Source: the human T2T-CHM13v2.0 reference genome, Homo sapiens
Length of the DNA: 64,000 nt
Strand: one strand, 5' to 3'
Assembly (NCBI RefSeq): GCF_009914755.1
Contig: NC_060940.1
Numbering within the stretch: the first letter of the stretch is position 1; every line of letters begins with the position of its first letter. The position numbers and the translations under genes were made by a program. Positions 1-17,010 of this stretch are shown one piece after another. The notes under the pieces were generated by a model. The model was not told the DNA's origin and did not search any database. It saw only the letters and a program-made list of their open reading frames with translations.

Positions 1-608
1 ACTTTTGTGTGGTAAATAAATTCAGGATAGCCGGCATCTCTTTTGGACAAAAATTCACAGAACAAATGATATTTAACTTGCAAAAGCAGTGAAGTTCACT
101 GTTAACACTACTGGTTCAATAACACAAAAAAAGAGTTTCAAATATTTTCCACAAAATACCTGCTGATAAATAATACAATGAAAAACTATGGCTTTAACTA
201 TGGCTTTTATAACTTTGTCCAACTAAGTCTTTTTCTGTTCCACATAAATCTTTACCACTGACAGTTTTAATACATCTTAGCAGATTCCACTTCAGGTTAT
301 ACTAAGTTAATGTTTTTTATACATTTTGCCTGTAGTTGTCTCAAAGAGACTATTCAAGAGTCAAGAAAATCGACTGCCTTTTTCTTTTTTGCCTTGTTTT
401 ATAATTGACCACTGGTGGTGTTCCCAGTGTCCTCAGTTTTCCTTATGGAAAGGCAAACAATCTTTTAAATGTTAATTTTCTTAGGATACATATCTTCAGC
501 CACTACAACCAAACACAATTTAATTAACTCACTATCAGTAAATGATTTTCCTTGCCTGGCTAACAAAAGTACCACTTAGAAACTTACTTTGGTGTAGCCT
601 CATTTACA

Positions 609-918
609 TTTTTTCGTTTTGTTTTGTTTTGAGACACGGTCTCACTCTGTCACCCAGGCTGGAGAGCAGTGGCTCAATCTTGCCTCACTGCAACCTCCAC
701 CTCCTGGGTTCAAGTGATCCTCCCACCTCAGTCTCTCAAGTAGCTGGGATTACAGGCACATGCCACTATGCCTGGCTAACTTATTTTTCTGTATTTTTTA
801 TAGAGATGGGCTTTTGCCGTGTTGCCCAGGCTGGTCTCAAACTCCTGGATTCAAGTGATCCACCTGTCTCAGTCTCTCAAAGTGTTGGGATTACAGGTGT
901 GAGCCACCACACCCGGCC
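609..918 (-). mobile_element. AluJ-type SINE
   Basis: T-rich tail followed by reverse-complement Alu body ending CCCGGCC. Confidence 0.9.
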
Positions 919-1329
919 CATTTTTGTGTCTGTGTACGTGACTAAATTATGTTTCATGAGATATCCCATCTTACGTTTTCTACCTTTTCTGACCATTACT
1001 TTCTATGAGTTGAAAACATTGTGCTGAGAGCTTAGTCTGATAAAATTGACATATATTATTTTAGCATAGCTATAATGTCACCACATAATAAATACAATAC
1101 TTTGTCATCTAACTCAATAAAAAATTATCCACAGTCCATTGTGTCTTAAAAGTGTAACACTCAAATCCACTTTCTCTTTTCTTGATTTAACATAATGCAT
1201 ATTCACTGGTGATTTTTTAAAACATCACATGACAATGGTATGTGTGACTCTTGATATGTTATTAAGTTATGACTACATCACTGAGACTTGTAGTGTGCTG
1301 TGGAAGAGTGCAAATTGAGAAGAATGTCA

Positions 1330-1590
1330 ACATAGTCTCCATCACAACTACTTTGCCCATTGTAGCAAAAAACCACCATAGACAATATGTAAACAAATGG
1401 GCATGAATGTGTTCTAATAAAATTTTATTTATGGACATTTAAACTTTACAAAATTTTCACATACCAGAAAATACTATTCTGATTTTTTTCAAACATTTAG
1501 AAGGTTTTTAAAAAAATTCTTAGCTCATGAGCTGCATAAAAAGAGGTCACAGGCCAGATTTGGCATGTGAAGCATAGTTTGCCTACTTGA
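1330..1590 (+). mobile_element. MER58B-like hAT-Charlie DNA transposon relic
   Basis: CCATAGACAATATGTAAACAAATGGGCATG...AATAAAATTTTATTTATGGAC...GGCCAGATTTGGC...CATAGTTTGCC matches recalled MER58 consensus. Confidence 0.75.
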
Positions 1591-2129
1591 CATATACTGT
1601 CATGGTCCTGCTCCCCAGACTATGTTAATTCTGCCATCACAATATAGTCAAAAGGGACCTGAACTATCTGAACATTTCATGTAACATGATATTGGTCCAC
1701 TATGTTGATGGCATCATATTCATCAAGCCTTATTCACCAAAAGTACCAAATATACTGGATAACTTAGCAGAAAAAAATGTACTCCAAGCAGCAAGAGACA
1801 AAACACAAAGATAGAGAATCCTGCCCCAATGATAAGGGTTTCAGGGGTCCAGTAGCATAGAACATGCTGGATCTCTTCTCCAAATTAGAAAAATGTATTG
1901 CACTTTGTACTTCCAACACTAATGAAAATGTATAAAATGTGGTAAACTTCTTCAGAACAGATGCAGTATTTGAGAATACTGCTCTGACCCACTATCAGTA
2001 GATGTGGAAGGTTGCCTCTTTTGAGTGGGGCAGAGAGCATAAAGAGCTCTACAACAGGTTGAGGCTCTTAGATAACAGTCGTGTTACTTAGGCAATATGA
2101 CTCGGCAGATCCCATACACTGGAGGTGCC

Positions 2130-2130
<1 letters not shown>
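1590..2130 (+). mobile_element. ERVL-class (HERV16/ERV3-16A3-like) internal pol fragment, degenerate
   Basis: TTGGTCCACTATGTTGATGGCATC = LVHYVDGI (decayed YIDD motif), preceded by a LPQxYVNS-like motif; frameshifted. Confidence 0.7.
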
Positions 2131-2835
<705 letters not shown>

Positions 2836-2838
2836 CTT

Positions 2839-3133
<295 letters not shown>

Positions 3134-3156
3134 TTAGATAAAGATGTACAAAATGC

Positions 3157-3688
<532 letters not shown>

Positions 3689-3849
3689 AGTACTAACCAG
3701 TTTAAGCTCTTCTTGTTTCTTTGCCATTCTTGTAAGTTTTAGAATCAGCTTATCTGTATCTACAAGAAAAAAAAAAACCTGTTGGGATTTCCTTTTCAAT
3801 CTAGATGCCTTTTATTTCGTTTTTTCATGAACACTCTGACCACCAGTCC

Positions 3850-4890
3850 TAAGGAAGTCTTACCCAAATCAATAAAGAGAAAAAAACCCCCAAAAACCAA
3901 AACCATAAGGATTGGAGCAGAAGAAATAAAACTGTACATTCAGAGAGGACATGATTGTCTATGTAGAAAATGCGAAGAAATCTATAAAAACAAAGGACAA
4001 AAAAGCAAGAAAACACTAGAACTAATACGTGAGCAAACATGATCACTGGATACAGGTCAACACAAAATAAAATTTATTTTATGTCTGTACACTGGCAATG
4101 TACAATTGGAAACTGAAATTAAAAACATAATACCATTTAGAAGCTAAGGCGGGAGGGTCACTTAAGGCCAGTAGCTCAAGACAAGTCTGGGCAATACAGC
4201 AAGACCCTATCTCTACAAAAAAATTAAAAAATTAGCCAGGCATGGTGGCCTGCATCTGTAGTCCTAGCTTACTTGGAAGGCTGAGGTGGGGAGGTCACTT
4301 GAACCCAGAGTTTGAGGCTGCAGTAGGCTATGATCTCATCATTGTACTTCAGCCTGGGTGACAGAGTGAGAACTTGTCTCTAAAATGATGATGACAATAA
4401 TAAAAATAATAATGCCATTTAAATAGTTATTTTAAAATATACAGGTATTAGTGTAGCCAAACAGGTACTAATATGTATGCTGAAAACTAAAAAGCACTGA
4501 TGAAAAAAATCAAAGAAGACCTAAATAGAGACATACCATGTTCATAAAATGGAAGACTCAACTTAGTAAAGATGACAATTCTAAAAGTGATCTGTAAGTT
4601 TCAACAAACAAATAACAACATATTATATAATTTCATTTATATGAAATGTCCAGAATAAGCAAATCCATGGAGATACAAAGTAACTTAGTAATTGCCTATG
4701 GATAGAGGGTGGCAGGGGGTTGAGGTGAATATGGGTAGGGTGTTTCTTTTTGGAGGTAATGAAAATGTTCTAAAATTGATTGTAGTTATGGCTGCACAAC
4801 TCTGTGAATACACTAAATACCATTACATTTTATACTTTAAATGGGTGAACTGAATGGTTTGTGAATTATATCTCAATAGTTACAAAAAAA
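3850..4890 (+). mobile_element. L1MB-like ORF2 fragments and 3' end (interrupted by Alu 4140-4410)
   Basis: GAAGAAATAAAACTGT, AAAGAAGACCTAAATAG; 3' end ATATGAAATGTCCAGAATAAGCAAATCCATGGAG...GTGAATTATATCTCAATA. Confidence 0.75.
4140..4410 (+). mobile_element. AluJ (5'-truncated)
   Basis: Alu body, degenerate tail. Confidence 0.85.
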
Positions 4891-5223
4891 CTCCATCAAC
4901 CACTATCCATTATGTAGTTTAAAAAACCAGAAAAGCACATTTTAAAACTATATAATACTATTTGACTCAATACTGTCACTTTTAGAAAACTAATAAAATC
5001 AGAGATATGTAAGTAATGCTTATCTATAGAAAAATGTTTACTAAATTATCTCAGGAAAAATTAGAAATAATCTATAATTCCAATTATATGACTGTTCCAA
5101 TAAAACATGATACATTTGCATGATGAGTGTTTTAATTTTTAAGAGCTGTATAGTTCAGAAAAATGTCATGTGAAATAAACTTTAGTGAAAAACAATCCAG
5201 GTATGAAAGTATGAAATGCATAA

Positions 5224-5535
<312 letters not shown>

Positions 5536-5545
5536 AAAATGCATG

Positions 5546-5897
<352 letters not shown>

Positions 5898-6339
5898 TAG
5901 ACAGAAGGTTCATAGTTGTCATCTCTGAATGGTAGCACTATGAGTGATTTTTTTCTTTATTCTCTTATGTTTTTAAGATTTGTATTAACAGAAATTAAAT
6001 TACTTCAATAATATGAAATAAGTAACATATTATTTGGTTTTCTGTTTTAAAATAGAAGATTAAAAACTAAGAAGAACAGCAAGAGGAAGAAATAAAAGTA
6101 GCATAATGCGTTATCAATTTAAAAGTAGGTGGGAATGATTAACAGTGTCACATGTACCAGAGAGGTAGACTAGACAAAACTTGAAAAGGTCCATTAGATT
6201 TCAAACAAGGAGGTTATCGTTAACATTCTGGCAGATCTGAGAGTGTCATAAGCCACACTATAAAAGAGTAGAATACAATGAAAGGTAAGAAAGCAGAGAT
6301 AATGATTAAATAAATTGTCTTTTTATTTTTTTTTAAAGC

Positions 6340-7140
6340 AGATTTCACTCAGGATGTACAGAGCTAGGAAAAAAACATCTCTCCCAAACTAACAAGAAAA
6401 GACCAAACAATGTACAAATCGTAACTTTCCTTACACTTACTAGAGCTAAATTCACAGGGAAAGAAACCAACCTGGAACCTAAGGAGAAACAAATGCCTCT
6501 AAGGAGATACATGATCTGAGCACTGACTTACTTTGGATAGGACACTAAAAGAACATAGAAGAAATGAGTAAGAGGAAACCAGCTAAAGTTTTTAACAAAC
6601 TACTAAAGTCCAAATGTGGGCTACTGTAAAAATATAAAAACCCTGTGAACTATAGATTCATGGGGAATTTATACATATGAACCTTTACTGAGTGCTCACA
6701 AGATAGACTGGGGGCAGCGGGGGAGACTGGAGAAAGCTTCCTTCTATGGTATAGGCTCGGAAGAGGCGAGTGGTCACTGCTGCAGGAACACGCTGATCCT
6801 TCTCTTGACAGAACATAAGCCTTAAGCCACTCAGAGAAAGGCAACAAACTATCCCAGATCTATAACATTAGAGATCTCCTAAGGGCTACCAAGTAGCAGA
6901 ATCACCGAGAAATTCCCACCCCCAAGTCTCAGGTACACAAGGGCCTACCTAAGGCTGAAGTCAAACCAGGACAATACCATATCTACCTTGGTACCCACTA
7001 CCAGACTAGCAAGCATCAAGTAACAAGAAAAAAAAGTCTACTACTGAGAGAAGGACATGAAAGAAACATTCTCCGTGGTACAAGTACACAAGGAAGACTT
7101 AAACCCAAGGGTGCAGTAGTAGCATTGATAAAAATTACTC
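6340..7140 (+). mobile_element. Old L1M 5' region (L1MD/ME-like)
   Basis: GATTTCACTCAGGATGTACAGAGCTAGG... resembles L1M 5' ends; recalled similarity only. Confidence 0.45.
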
Positions 7141-7146
7141 TGGCTT

Positions 7147-7665
<519 letters not shown>

Positions 7666-7729
7666 TTATTTTTAGTAAAGAATAGAGGAGTGATGGCTTA
7701 TAAACAACAGAAAGGAATCTGTAGAATCC

Positions 7730-7990
7730 ACTCATCCTTCAGGATCTGCTGGGTTCCAGGACCCTCAAGGATACCAAAATCCATGGATGTCCAAGTTCCT
7801 TATATAAAATAGTTTACTATTTGCATGTAACTTTTTTACATCCTCTCATACACTTTATCTCTACATTTAATATCTAATACAATGTAAATGCTATGTAATT
7901 TGTTATGCTATATTGTTTATTTGTATTATTACAATTAAGCTTTCTAATGTTGTATTTTGTGGTTGTACTGTTATTTTTTATTGTGTGGGG
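7730..7990 (+). mobile_element. MER2 (Tigger) DNA transposon relic
   Basis: GGGTTCCAGGACCC...GGATACCAAAATCCATGGATG.CCAAGTTCCTTATATAAAAT...AATACAATGTAAATGCTATGTAA. Confidence 0.8.
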
Positions 7991-8440
7991 GGCTTGACCA
8001 GCAGATGGGGATCTCTGAACAGACTGAACTGGTACCACCAAAGGAATACTAATACTAGTGCAGATATATTGGGAAAAGAGAAGTTCATTTTGTGGCCTCT
8101 TCTGTCTTGGTGGAAATCATGAGAGCACCCAAGTGGTGGAGAAACTTTCTTAATGAAAGAGCATATGGCATAGGCTGGTGGCTTGGAACATTAATCCCAA
8201 AGAGAAGTCAAAAGTCATTTTTTCTCAAGACGCTCATTTACCTTCTAGTGGCAGCAACCTAATTCTGAAGATAGAGAAAATATGTGTTTTAACTTTTAGT
8301 TAATTTTAGTTAACTGAAAAACTGGAAAGTTAACATTTCACTTTGAAGATTATCAAGACTAGTTGTTATTGTCTGTTTTAGTGTTTCATTTGTACCTCCA
8401 TAAGAAGGTGGCAAGGGCTTAGAAGAGCAGATAAAAATCA

Positions 8441-8828
<388 letters not shown>

Positions 8829-9609
8829 TTATGTTTAATTGAATAATCTCTCTCCTATATAAAACCATTAAATATTATTGTACATAGATTATGTATACAA
8901 AAAAACAAAATTCAAAAATGCATCTAGCCAAAGTACCATTAAGAGCAAATAATTTCTTCTTAATACCACTGCCTTTTTAAAGAACAAGATAGAGCTGAGA
9001 AAGTATTCTGGCTTCTCTTCATCTGGTCAATGGCAAAAGGGCAAAAACCAGAACACTGTTATGCTGTATTAATTTTTAAAGTCCAATTAAAGGTAACATC
9101 TACAACCTTTCTTCTGTTGTGTTTGCCAAAGATTTTTAAACATTAAACACAAAGTGCTGATTGCAAGAGAAGAGGAAAGCTCTGGCTGCTACACTCTGCC
9201 AGTGATAAAAGCTTTGTCCCTAGAGACTTAGCTAACATTTAGTCACATGATACAATGTACGCTGCACACAACTTTGTTCTATTCCAAGGGCTTCCTTTCA
9301 TCTAAATGACCAAATAGAGCCTGGCATTATTATCTCTGATTTTATTACCTCCTATAAAAGCTTAGGCACCGGATTGAAATGAGAATATTAAACAACAGAA
9401 AAACCTGAAACATTCTAAGGTTGGAGAAAATGGCTTTAATAAAAATTGTTACATATTCTTAACTACTCATCAACTTGCATATCTTCATAATTTAGTTCAA
9501 GAAATAAAAGCTTTCTATATTTGAGCAGCCTCCCAGGTTTAGGCAGCTTAGGATAGCATATGGATTCCTTACCCACATGTACTTCCTACTACCAACCTTA
9601 CCCATAAAT

Positions 9610-10070
9610 AACTGTTAGTAAGGACTCTTCTGGTGACCGAAACTCTTGAACTGGCTTAGCAAAAAGAGGAATTTACTAAAACAACACTGGAGTACCTTAT
9701 TTAAAAGAATTATACAAAGACAAGAAGGTGGACAAAGATACAGTTGGGACTAGGGCAGGTTTTATTCTAAAATCACATCTGTTTCCATGGGCTAGCCTAA
9801 TCTTTCCTCACTGTAGAATGGCTTTTTCCACATAAAGAAAAACATAGCTGCCTAGAGCTAGAGAGCTGCACATATTATAGCTTTAACCATAATCTTTCAG
9901 TCGCAAATGCAAAATTATCAGGGAAGGTTCTCATTGGCCCAAATAAATTATATGTCCACCCTTGGACAAATTAACTCTGATTAGGTGGATGGGGAACTGT
10001 ATCCAGCTTGAATAGCTAGGTAGTCCGGAAGTACACACATGGGACAAAGAAGTATGTTAAACATATGAAT
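9610..10070 (-). mobile_element. MLT1 (MaLR) LTR relic
   Basis: AACTGGCTTAGCAAAAAGAGGAATTTA and TCTCATTGGCCC...ATGTCCACCCTTGGAC motifs. Confidence 0.5.
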
Positions 10071-10208
10071 GGGGAATGAAAGTTCCAGAAAAAGTGTGTT
10101 AAACACACAGAAGTTCACTACCCTAAAAAGTCAAGTTATCTTCAATAACTTTTTACATTAAAACTTACTAATGTCACTATGGTTTTTTTCTATTGAATAA
10201 TGACTATT

Positions 10209-10546
10209 GTCCAGGCGCAGTGGCTCACAATTGTAATCCTAGCACTTTGGGAGGCTGAGGTGGGAGGATCCCTTGAGCTCAGGAGTTCAAGACCAGCCTA
10301 GGCAAAATAGTGAGACCCTGTCTCAATAACAATAAAAAAATTTAAAATAAATAAATAAATAATATAAAAAATAAAAAATAAAAAATAAGGCATAGTTGCA
10401 CGTACTTGTAGTCTCAGCTACTTGGGTGGCTGAGGCTGGAAGATTCCTTGCGCCCAGGAGGTCGAGGCTGCAGTGAGCTGTGATTACACCACTACACTGC
10501 TAGGTGACAAAGCGAGACCCTGTCCAAAAAAAAAAAAAAAAAAAAA
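10209..10546 (+). mobile_element. AluJ with expanded A-linker
   Basis: Alu dimer, poly-A. Confidence 0.88.
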
Positions 10547-10755
10547 GACTATGGAAAAAAGAACTGACCTTGTTTTGTTTGCCAGTTACACTTCTGTAGG
10601 TAATGCTACAACCTTCAAGTTTACACATTTATATGCTAAATTGTTTCAGAAAGAATTTAAGACAGAATGAAATAATATGTTAAATAACAACAGAACATAA
10701 ATGTGAAACAAAGGAGGGAAAAACAAAGGTGGAAACAGAGTGAAATAACAAATAA

Positions 10756-11046
<291 letters not shown>

Positions 11047-11335
11047 AAATAATATATTCTTAATGCAGGTAAACGTGTTGTTAAATTAAACTTATAGGTG
11101 GCCATTGTTTTGGACAGAGCTCCTTCACTAGGCTCAACATATCAAACCAAAATGGATTCACTCATGTTGAAGTTCCATGCCACTAAGCCAAAACTAAGTT
11201 GTTTATCTGACCTTCCAAGAAATCAGGAGAGAGATAACAGCCAAATCCCCAATAGGCTAGTGTTAGCCGGCATGATAAAAAAGTACTGTCTACTTTAACC
11301 CTTGCAAAGAAAGTAATTTTGAAACGACCAATCCA

Positions 11336-11642
11336 CTTTTTTTTTTTTCTTTCAGATAAGGTACTGCTCTGTCAACCAGGCTTAAGTGCAGTGGCATGGT
11401 CATAGCTCATCGCAACATCTAATTCCTGAGCTTAAGCAATCCTTCCACCTCACTTCAGCTTCCCAAGTAGCTGGGCCTACAAGCATGCACCACCATGCCT
11501 GGCTAATTATTTTTCAGTTTTTGTTAGAGATGAGGTCTTGCTGTGCTGGCCAGGCTGGTCTTGAACTCCTGGCCTCAAGCTATCCTCCCACCTTGGCCTC
11601 CCCAAAGTGCTGGGATTATAGGAATGAGCCACTGTGTCCAGT
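11336..11642 (-). mobile_element. AluJ
   Basis: reverse Alu within MER31. Confidence 0.85.
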
Positions 11643-11788
11643 CCCAATCTGCTTTTTGTTATTTCTGCTTTCCTCAGTCCTTTTCTGTCTATAAAGTCAA
11701 CCTCCTCTGCTCAGCTCATTGGAACACAGAATGAGGTGTTGCCTGATTCTGCAATTGATAATAAAAGCCAATTAAGATCTTTAAAATT

Positions 11789-12015
11789 GGCTGAGCACAG
11801 TGGCTCATGCCTGTAATCTCAACCCTTTGGGAGGCTGGATGCAGGAAGATCACTTGACGCCAGGAGTTCAAGACCAGCCTGGGCAACACGGTGAGACCCG
11901 CCTGGGGAACACAATGAGACCCACCTAGGCAATACAGTGAGACTCTGTCTCCACAAAAAAAAATAAAAAATAACACACCCTCTCAAAAAAACCATAAAAA
12001 ATTAATTATTTTTAA
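11789..12015 (+). mobile_element. Alu left monomer (FLAM-like) with internal 23-bp triplication
   Basis: TSD AAGA(T/C)CTTTAAAAT. Confidence 0.8.
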
Positions 12016-12169
12016 AAGACCTTTAAAATAAAATTGTTATAATATTGTCTTTTGACAACATACTTTTGGGGAAGGTTACAAATCTAAGTTTTCCAGTAAC
12101 TTTGTCAGTTACAAACTTCATAATGTACTTTAGGTAGTGAACCAATTGCTTAAGAAGCATAAAATGTAG

Positions 12170-12810
12170 GGTGGGCACAGTGGCTCATACTTGTAATCCC
12201 ACTCCTTTGAAAGACTGAGGTGAGAGGATGGCTTGACGCCAGGAGTTTGAGACCTCTTAGGTAGCTAGAACTACAAGCGTGTATGTATCATCATGCCTGG
12301 GAAACATAGCAAGATGCTGTCTCTACAAAAAATAAAAAATAAGGCCAGGCGTGGTGGCTCAAATCCCAGCACTTTGGGAGGCTGAGGCAGGCGGATCACG
12401 AGGTCAGGAGTTCGAGACCAGCCTGGCCAATATAGTGAAACCCCATCTCTACTAAAAATACAAAAATTAGCCAGGCATGGTGGCGTGTGCCTGTAATCCC
12501 AGCTACTCAGGAGGCTGAGGCAGGAGAATCACTTGAACTCAGGAGGCGGAGGTTGCAGTGAGCTGAGATCGCACCACTGCATTCCAGCATGGGTGACAGA
12601 GCGAGACTCTGTCTCAAAAACAAACAAACAAACAAAAAACACATAAGCCAGGCACGATGGTATATGCCTGTAGTCCTACCTACTCAAGAAGCTGAAGCAG
12701 AAGGATTATTTGGGCCAGGAGTTCAAGGTTACAGTAAGCTATGACCCTGGTACTGCACTCCAGCCTGGGAGACAGAGTGAGACCCTGTCTCAAAATAAAA
12801 AACAACAACA
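12170..12810 (+). mobile_element. AluJ split by AluSg
   Basis: left arm 12170-12342, right arm 12646-12810. Confidence 0.8.
12343..12640 (+). mobile_element. AluSg
   Basis: GGATCACGAGGTCAGGAGTTCGAGACCAGCC. Confidence 0.88.
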
Positions 12811-13112
12811 AGACAACCATAAAATGCACTAACAAATGTATATATATATACTTCATACATAGTAAGAAAGGGACTTCTGCTAGAAATCCCCACTTAGCCT
12901 CCATAATATTCCTGATATCTCTCTTCATTTATTAGGGATAAAGAAATAGAGAGTGACTATGTTAGCAAGGAGACAAAGGGGGAGAGCTGCTACTTGAAAA
13001 GTGCTCTGTGATATGACTTTGAGCAGAGACTTGAATAAACAGATGATGTTAGCTTTGAGAATATCTGGGAGAACATTCCAGGCAAAGGAAACAGTAAGAA
13101 TAAACCTCAGCA

Positions 13113-13518
<406 letters not shown>

Positions 13519-13774
13519 TCATTTGAGAGGTAGAACCAGACTGTGTAGGATACTGTAAGCCATGGTGAAAACTGGTTGCTATTCTAAACATAAAGGGAAA
13601 ACACTGGAGGGTTTTCAGCAGAGAATTAACATAATATGACTTTGATTATAAAAGGCTGACCCTAGCTGCTATGTGAAGAATAGACTTTTAGGAGGTAAAA
13701 GTGGAAGCAGGGAGACAGGTTGAGAGGCTATTAGGGAAGTCTAGATAAGAGACCAAGAGAGACCTTAGGACTCT

Positions 13775-14318
<544 letters not shown>

Positions 14319-15112
14319 TTAGGACTAAGTGGAAGCATTGAAGGTGAGGAGAAGTAGTCAAGTTTGGGCTCTATTTTGGAGATAAATCTGAGAGGTTTTG
14401 CTGATGGACCTCTCCGTGGAGACAGAGAAGACTGGTAATTGAAAGGCAGTCCTCTAAGGACAATGGAGATAAGACTGGTCTGTATATGCTCCTGCTAAAG
14501 TTATTTATCTTGATACTGAGAGAGAAAAGATCTTAAGTTATAAAATAGGGAAATGAATATTGTATAACTTTAAAACCCTTCACTTTCCTTTTCTTTATGG
14601 CCTCAATTGCTCATGAAAAAAAAAAACACAGAACTTTTAATCACTGCAGACAATGTTTCAAGAAGTTAAAAAATACCCTTCTATTAGTCTTGCAGTGTCT
14701 TAACAACACTCTAGTGTTATTTCTTCTTAAAAAGGCCTCTAGTGCAATGAGTTAGCTGAGACTACCATACCAAATCTTCATAGCTAATAAAACTAGAGGT
14801 TTTGTAAACAGAACACCTACATAAAATGTCACATAAACTGGTATTCCTTAACAACTGGCACAATGAAAAGAGGAGACAGGCAGTGAAAGGAAGTCATCTG
14901 GAAAGAGTTACTGAAACCCTCAGTTTCCAAACTGGTTTCAACTAATTAATGTTGAAAAGTCGTCTTGTACTTTGGAAATGAAGCATTTGACTTCAAGGAA
15001 AGTCAGGAGAAAAAGGGGTTAAAAAAAAAACAACCAAGGAAACTGGTTATTTTATGTAGAAATATCAATAATGTCACCTAAAATCTGTAGTTTGATCAAG
15101 ATTTTTTTAAGG

Positions 15113-17010
15113 AATTTCAAATCCCAGACAAACTAAAGTTCAGAGAATTTGCTGTTAGACCTGCACTACAGAAAATGTTAAAGGAAGTTTTTCAAGCTGA
15201 ACTAAAACACCAGATGTAAACTCGCATGTATACAAGGAATGAAGAGCATTGGAAGTGAAAAATGTGTGGGTAAATACAGAATATATTTTTTTCATATCTT
15301 AATTTTTTTAAACATTGTAAAGTTGTTTTATGGTAGAAATCAAAGCAAAATATATGATAACAAAAACACAAAGAATGACAGGAGCTTAAAGACATATGTG
15401 ATGTAGTTTAATTTAATTTGAAGGATACCCGAAGGAAATGAAATCATCACCTTATAAAGATATCTGCACTCCTACACTTACTACAGCTTTATGCACAACA
15501 GGCAAGATATGGAAACAGCTGGAGTGTCAACTGACGAGTGAATGGATAAAGAAATTGTGGTATACATATATACATACACAATGAAATATTATTCAGTCTT
15601 AAAAAATGAGATCCTGCCATTTACGACAACATGGGGATGAACCCAGAGGACATTATATTAAGTGAAATAAGCCAGACATAGAAAGAAAAATACTGCATGA
15701 TCTCATTCATATGTAGAATCTGGAAAAAATACATATAATACATAGAAACAAAAAGTAAACTGGTGATTACCAAGGGAAGGGGTAGGGCAGGGAAGAGGAA
15801 ATTAGAATAAATAAGAGTATGTAGATCAAAGGGTACAAAGTTGCAGTTATGTAAGATGAATAAGTAAAAACAAAAAAAGGATGGATGGATGGATGGAAGG
15901 GTGGAAGGAAGGAAGTGAGGGAGGGAGGGAATAGAAACTTGAACAATCAACTTGACCTAATTAAGTTCTAGAAGAGTAAATCGAGAAACTGCAGAACATA
16001 CATTCAAGTGCAGAAAAAACATTCACCAATTCTTCTAATGCATCTCAATAATTTTTTTAAAGTCTCAATAAACTTTAAAAGCTGATCTAATACGGTGTTT
16101 GTATTGTGACCAAAACAGAATCAAATTGGAAATCAATTACAAAAAGATATCTAGAAAAGCCCCAAGTATTTGTAATTACAGTAATATGCTTCTTAATAAC
16201 ATATAGGACAAATAAGAAACCACAATTATAAAATGCTTTGAACTGAATAATAAACATACAATGTATCAAAAATTAAGGGTGCAGCTAAAACAGTGTTTGA
16301 AGGAAAATCTATAGCTCTTAATGTTTACATTAGGGGGAAAAGTTTAAAATCATCTAAGTTTTAAAAAGTACAAATTTAAATCTAAGAAAGCAGAGGAAAG
16401 AATATGTGAGTGAAAATTATTGAAATAGAAAAACAGACATTACAGAGAAAACCAATAAAATGTACATACATTTTAACCTGCAGTTCCTAGATACACCTAT
16501 ACAGGTATAAAATCACTATTTGACAGTAACATCCATCAGATATGAATTTATAACTAAGAAAATGAAAAAAACTTAGATGACAAAAATGAAGAAACTTGTT
16601 AGATAGACATCTATATAATAGAATGCAACGCTTCATTTTTTAAAAAAACGGCAGCTTTACAGGTACTAATGTGGCATGATCTGTGATCAAGCAAACAACA
16701 GCAAGATGCAGAACAGTTTGTAAAGAATACTACCGTACATGTAGGTGTGTGCTTTTTATTTATTTATTTTTCTGGTGTATGTTTTTTAAAGCATATGTGC
16801 ATGCATTTATTTTTATATATTCACATATGCATAAAACATATCTAGAAATACACAGCAGAAACGGGTAATAGTGGCTGCTTCTGGAAAGAAGACCTATGTG
16901 TCTTCTATATATGGGTGGTATTATAGTTCAGTGGGTACCATTTTGCCCTGTAGAATTTAATAATGTGTAAACATTCTACATTTTACAAAATATTTCAAGT
17001 TTAAAAAAGG
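15113..17010 (+). mobile_element. Old L1ME fragments with a nested L1MA8-10-like 3' end (15425-15870) and (GGAT/GGAA)n
   Basis: ACCTGCACTACAGAAAATGTTAAAGGAAGTT; GATCCTGCCATTTACGACAACATGG; GGGTACAAAGTTGCAGTTATG; AACTGCAGAACATACATTC. Confidence 0.7.

Larger units (their letters stand above)
11079..12057 (+). mobile_element. MER31 (ERV1) solo LTR, split by two Alus
   Basis: TGTTAAATTAAACTTATAGGTGGCCATTGTTTTGGAC...AAACTAAGTTGTTTATCTGACCTTCC...AATAAAAGCCAATTAAGATC...TGTCTTTTGACA. Confidence 0.8.

Noticed and set aside
542-1027. 161-aa ORF and the many similar 60-180 aa ORFs (LSPRLECSG..., WDYRRPPP...)
   Set aside because: These are translations of Alu sequence with no independent coding evidence.
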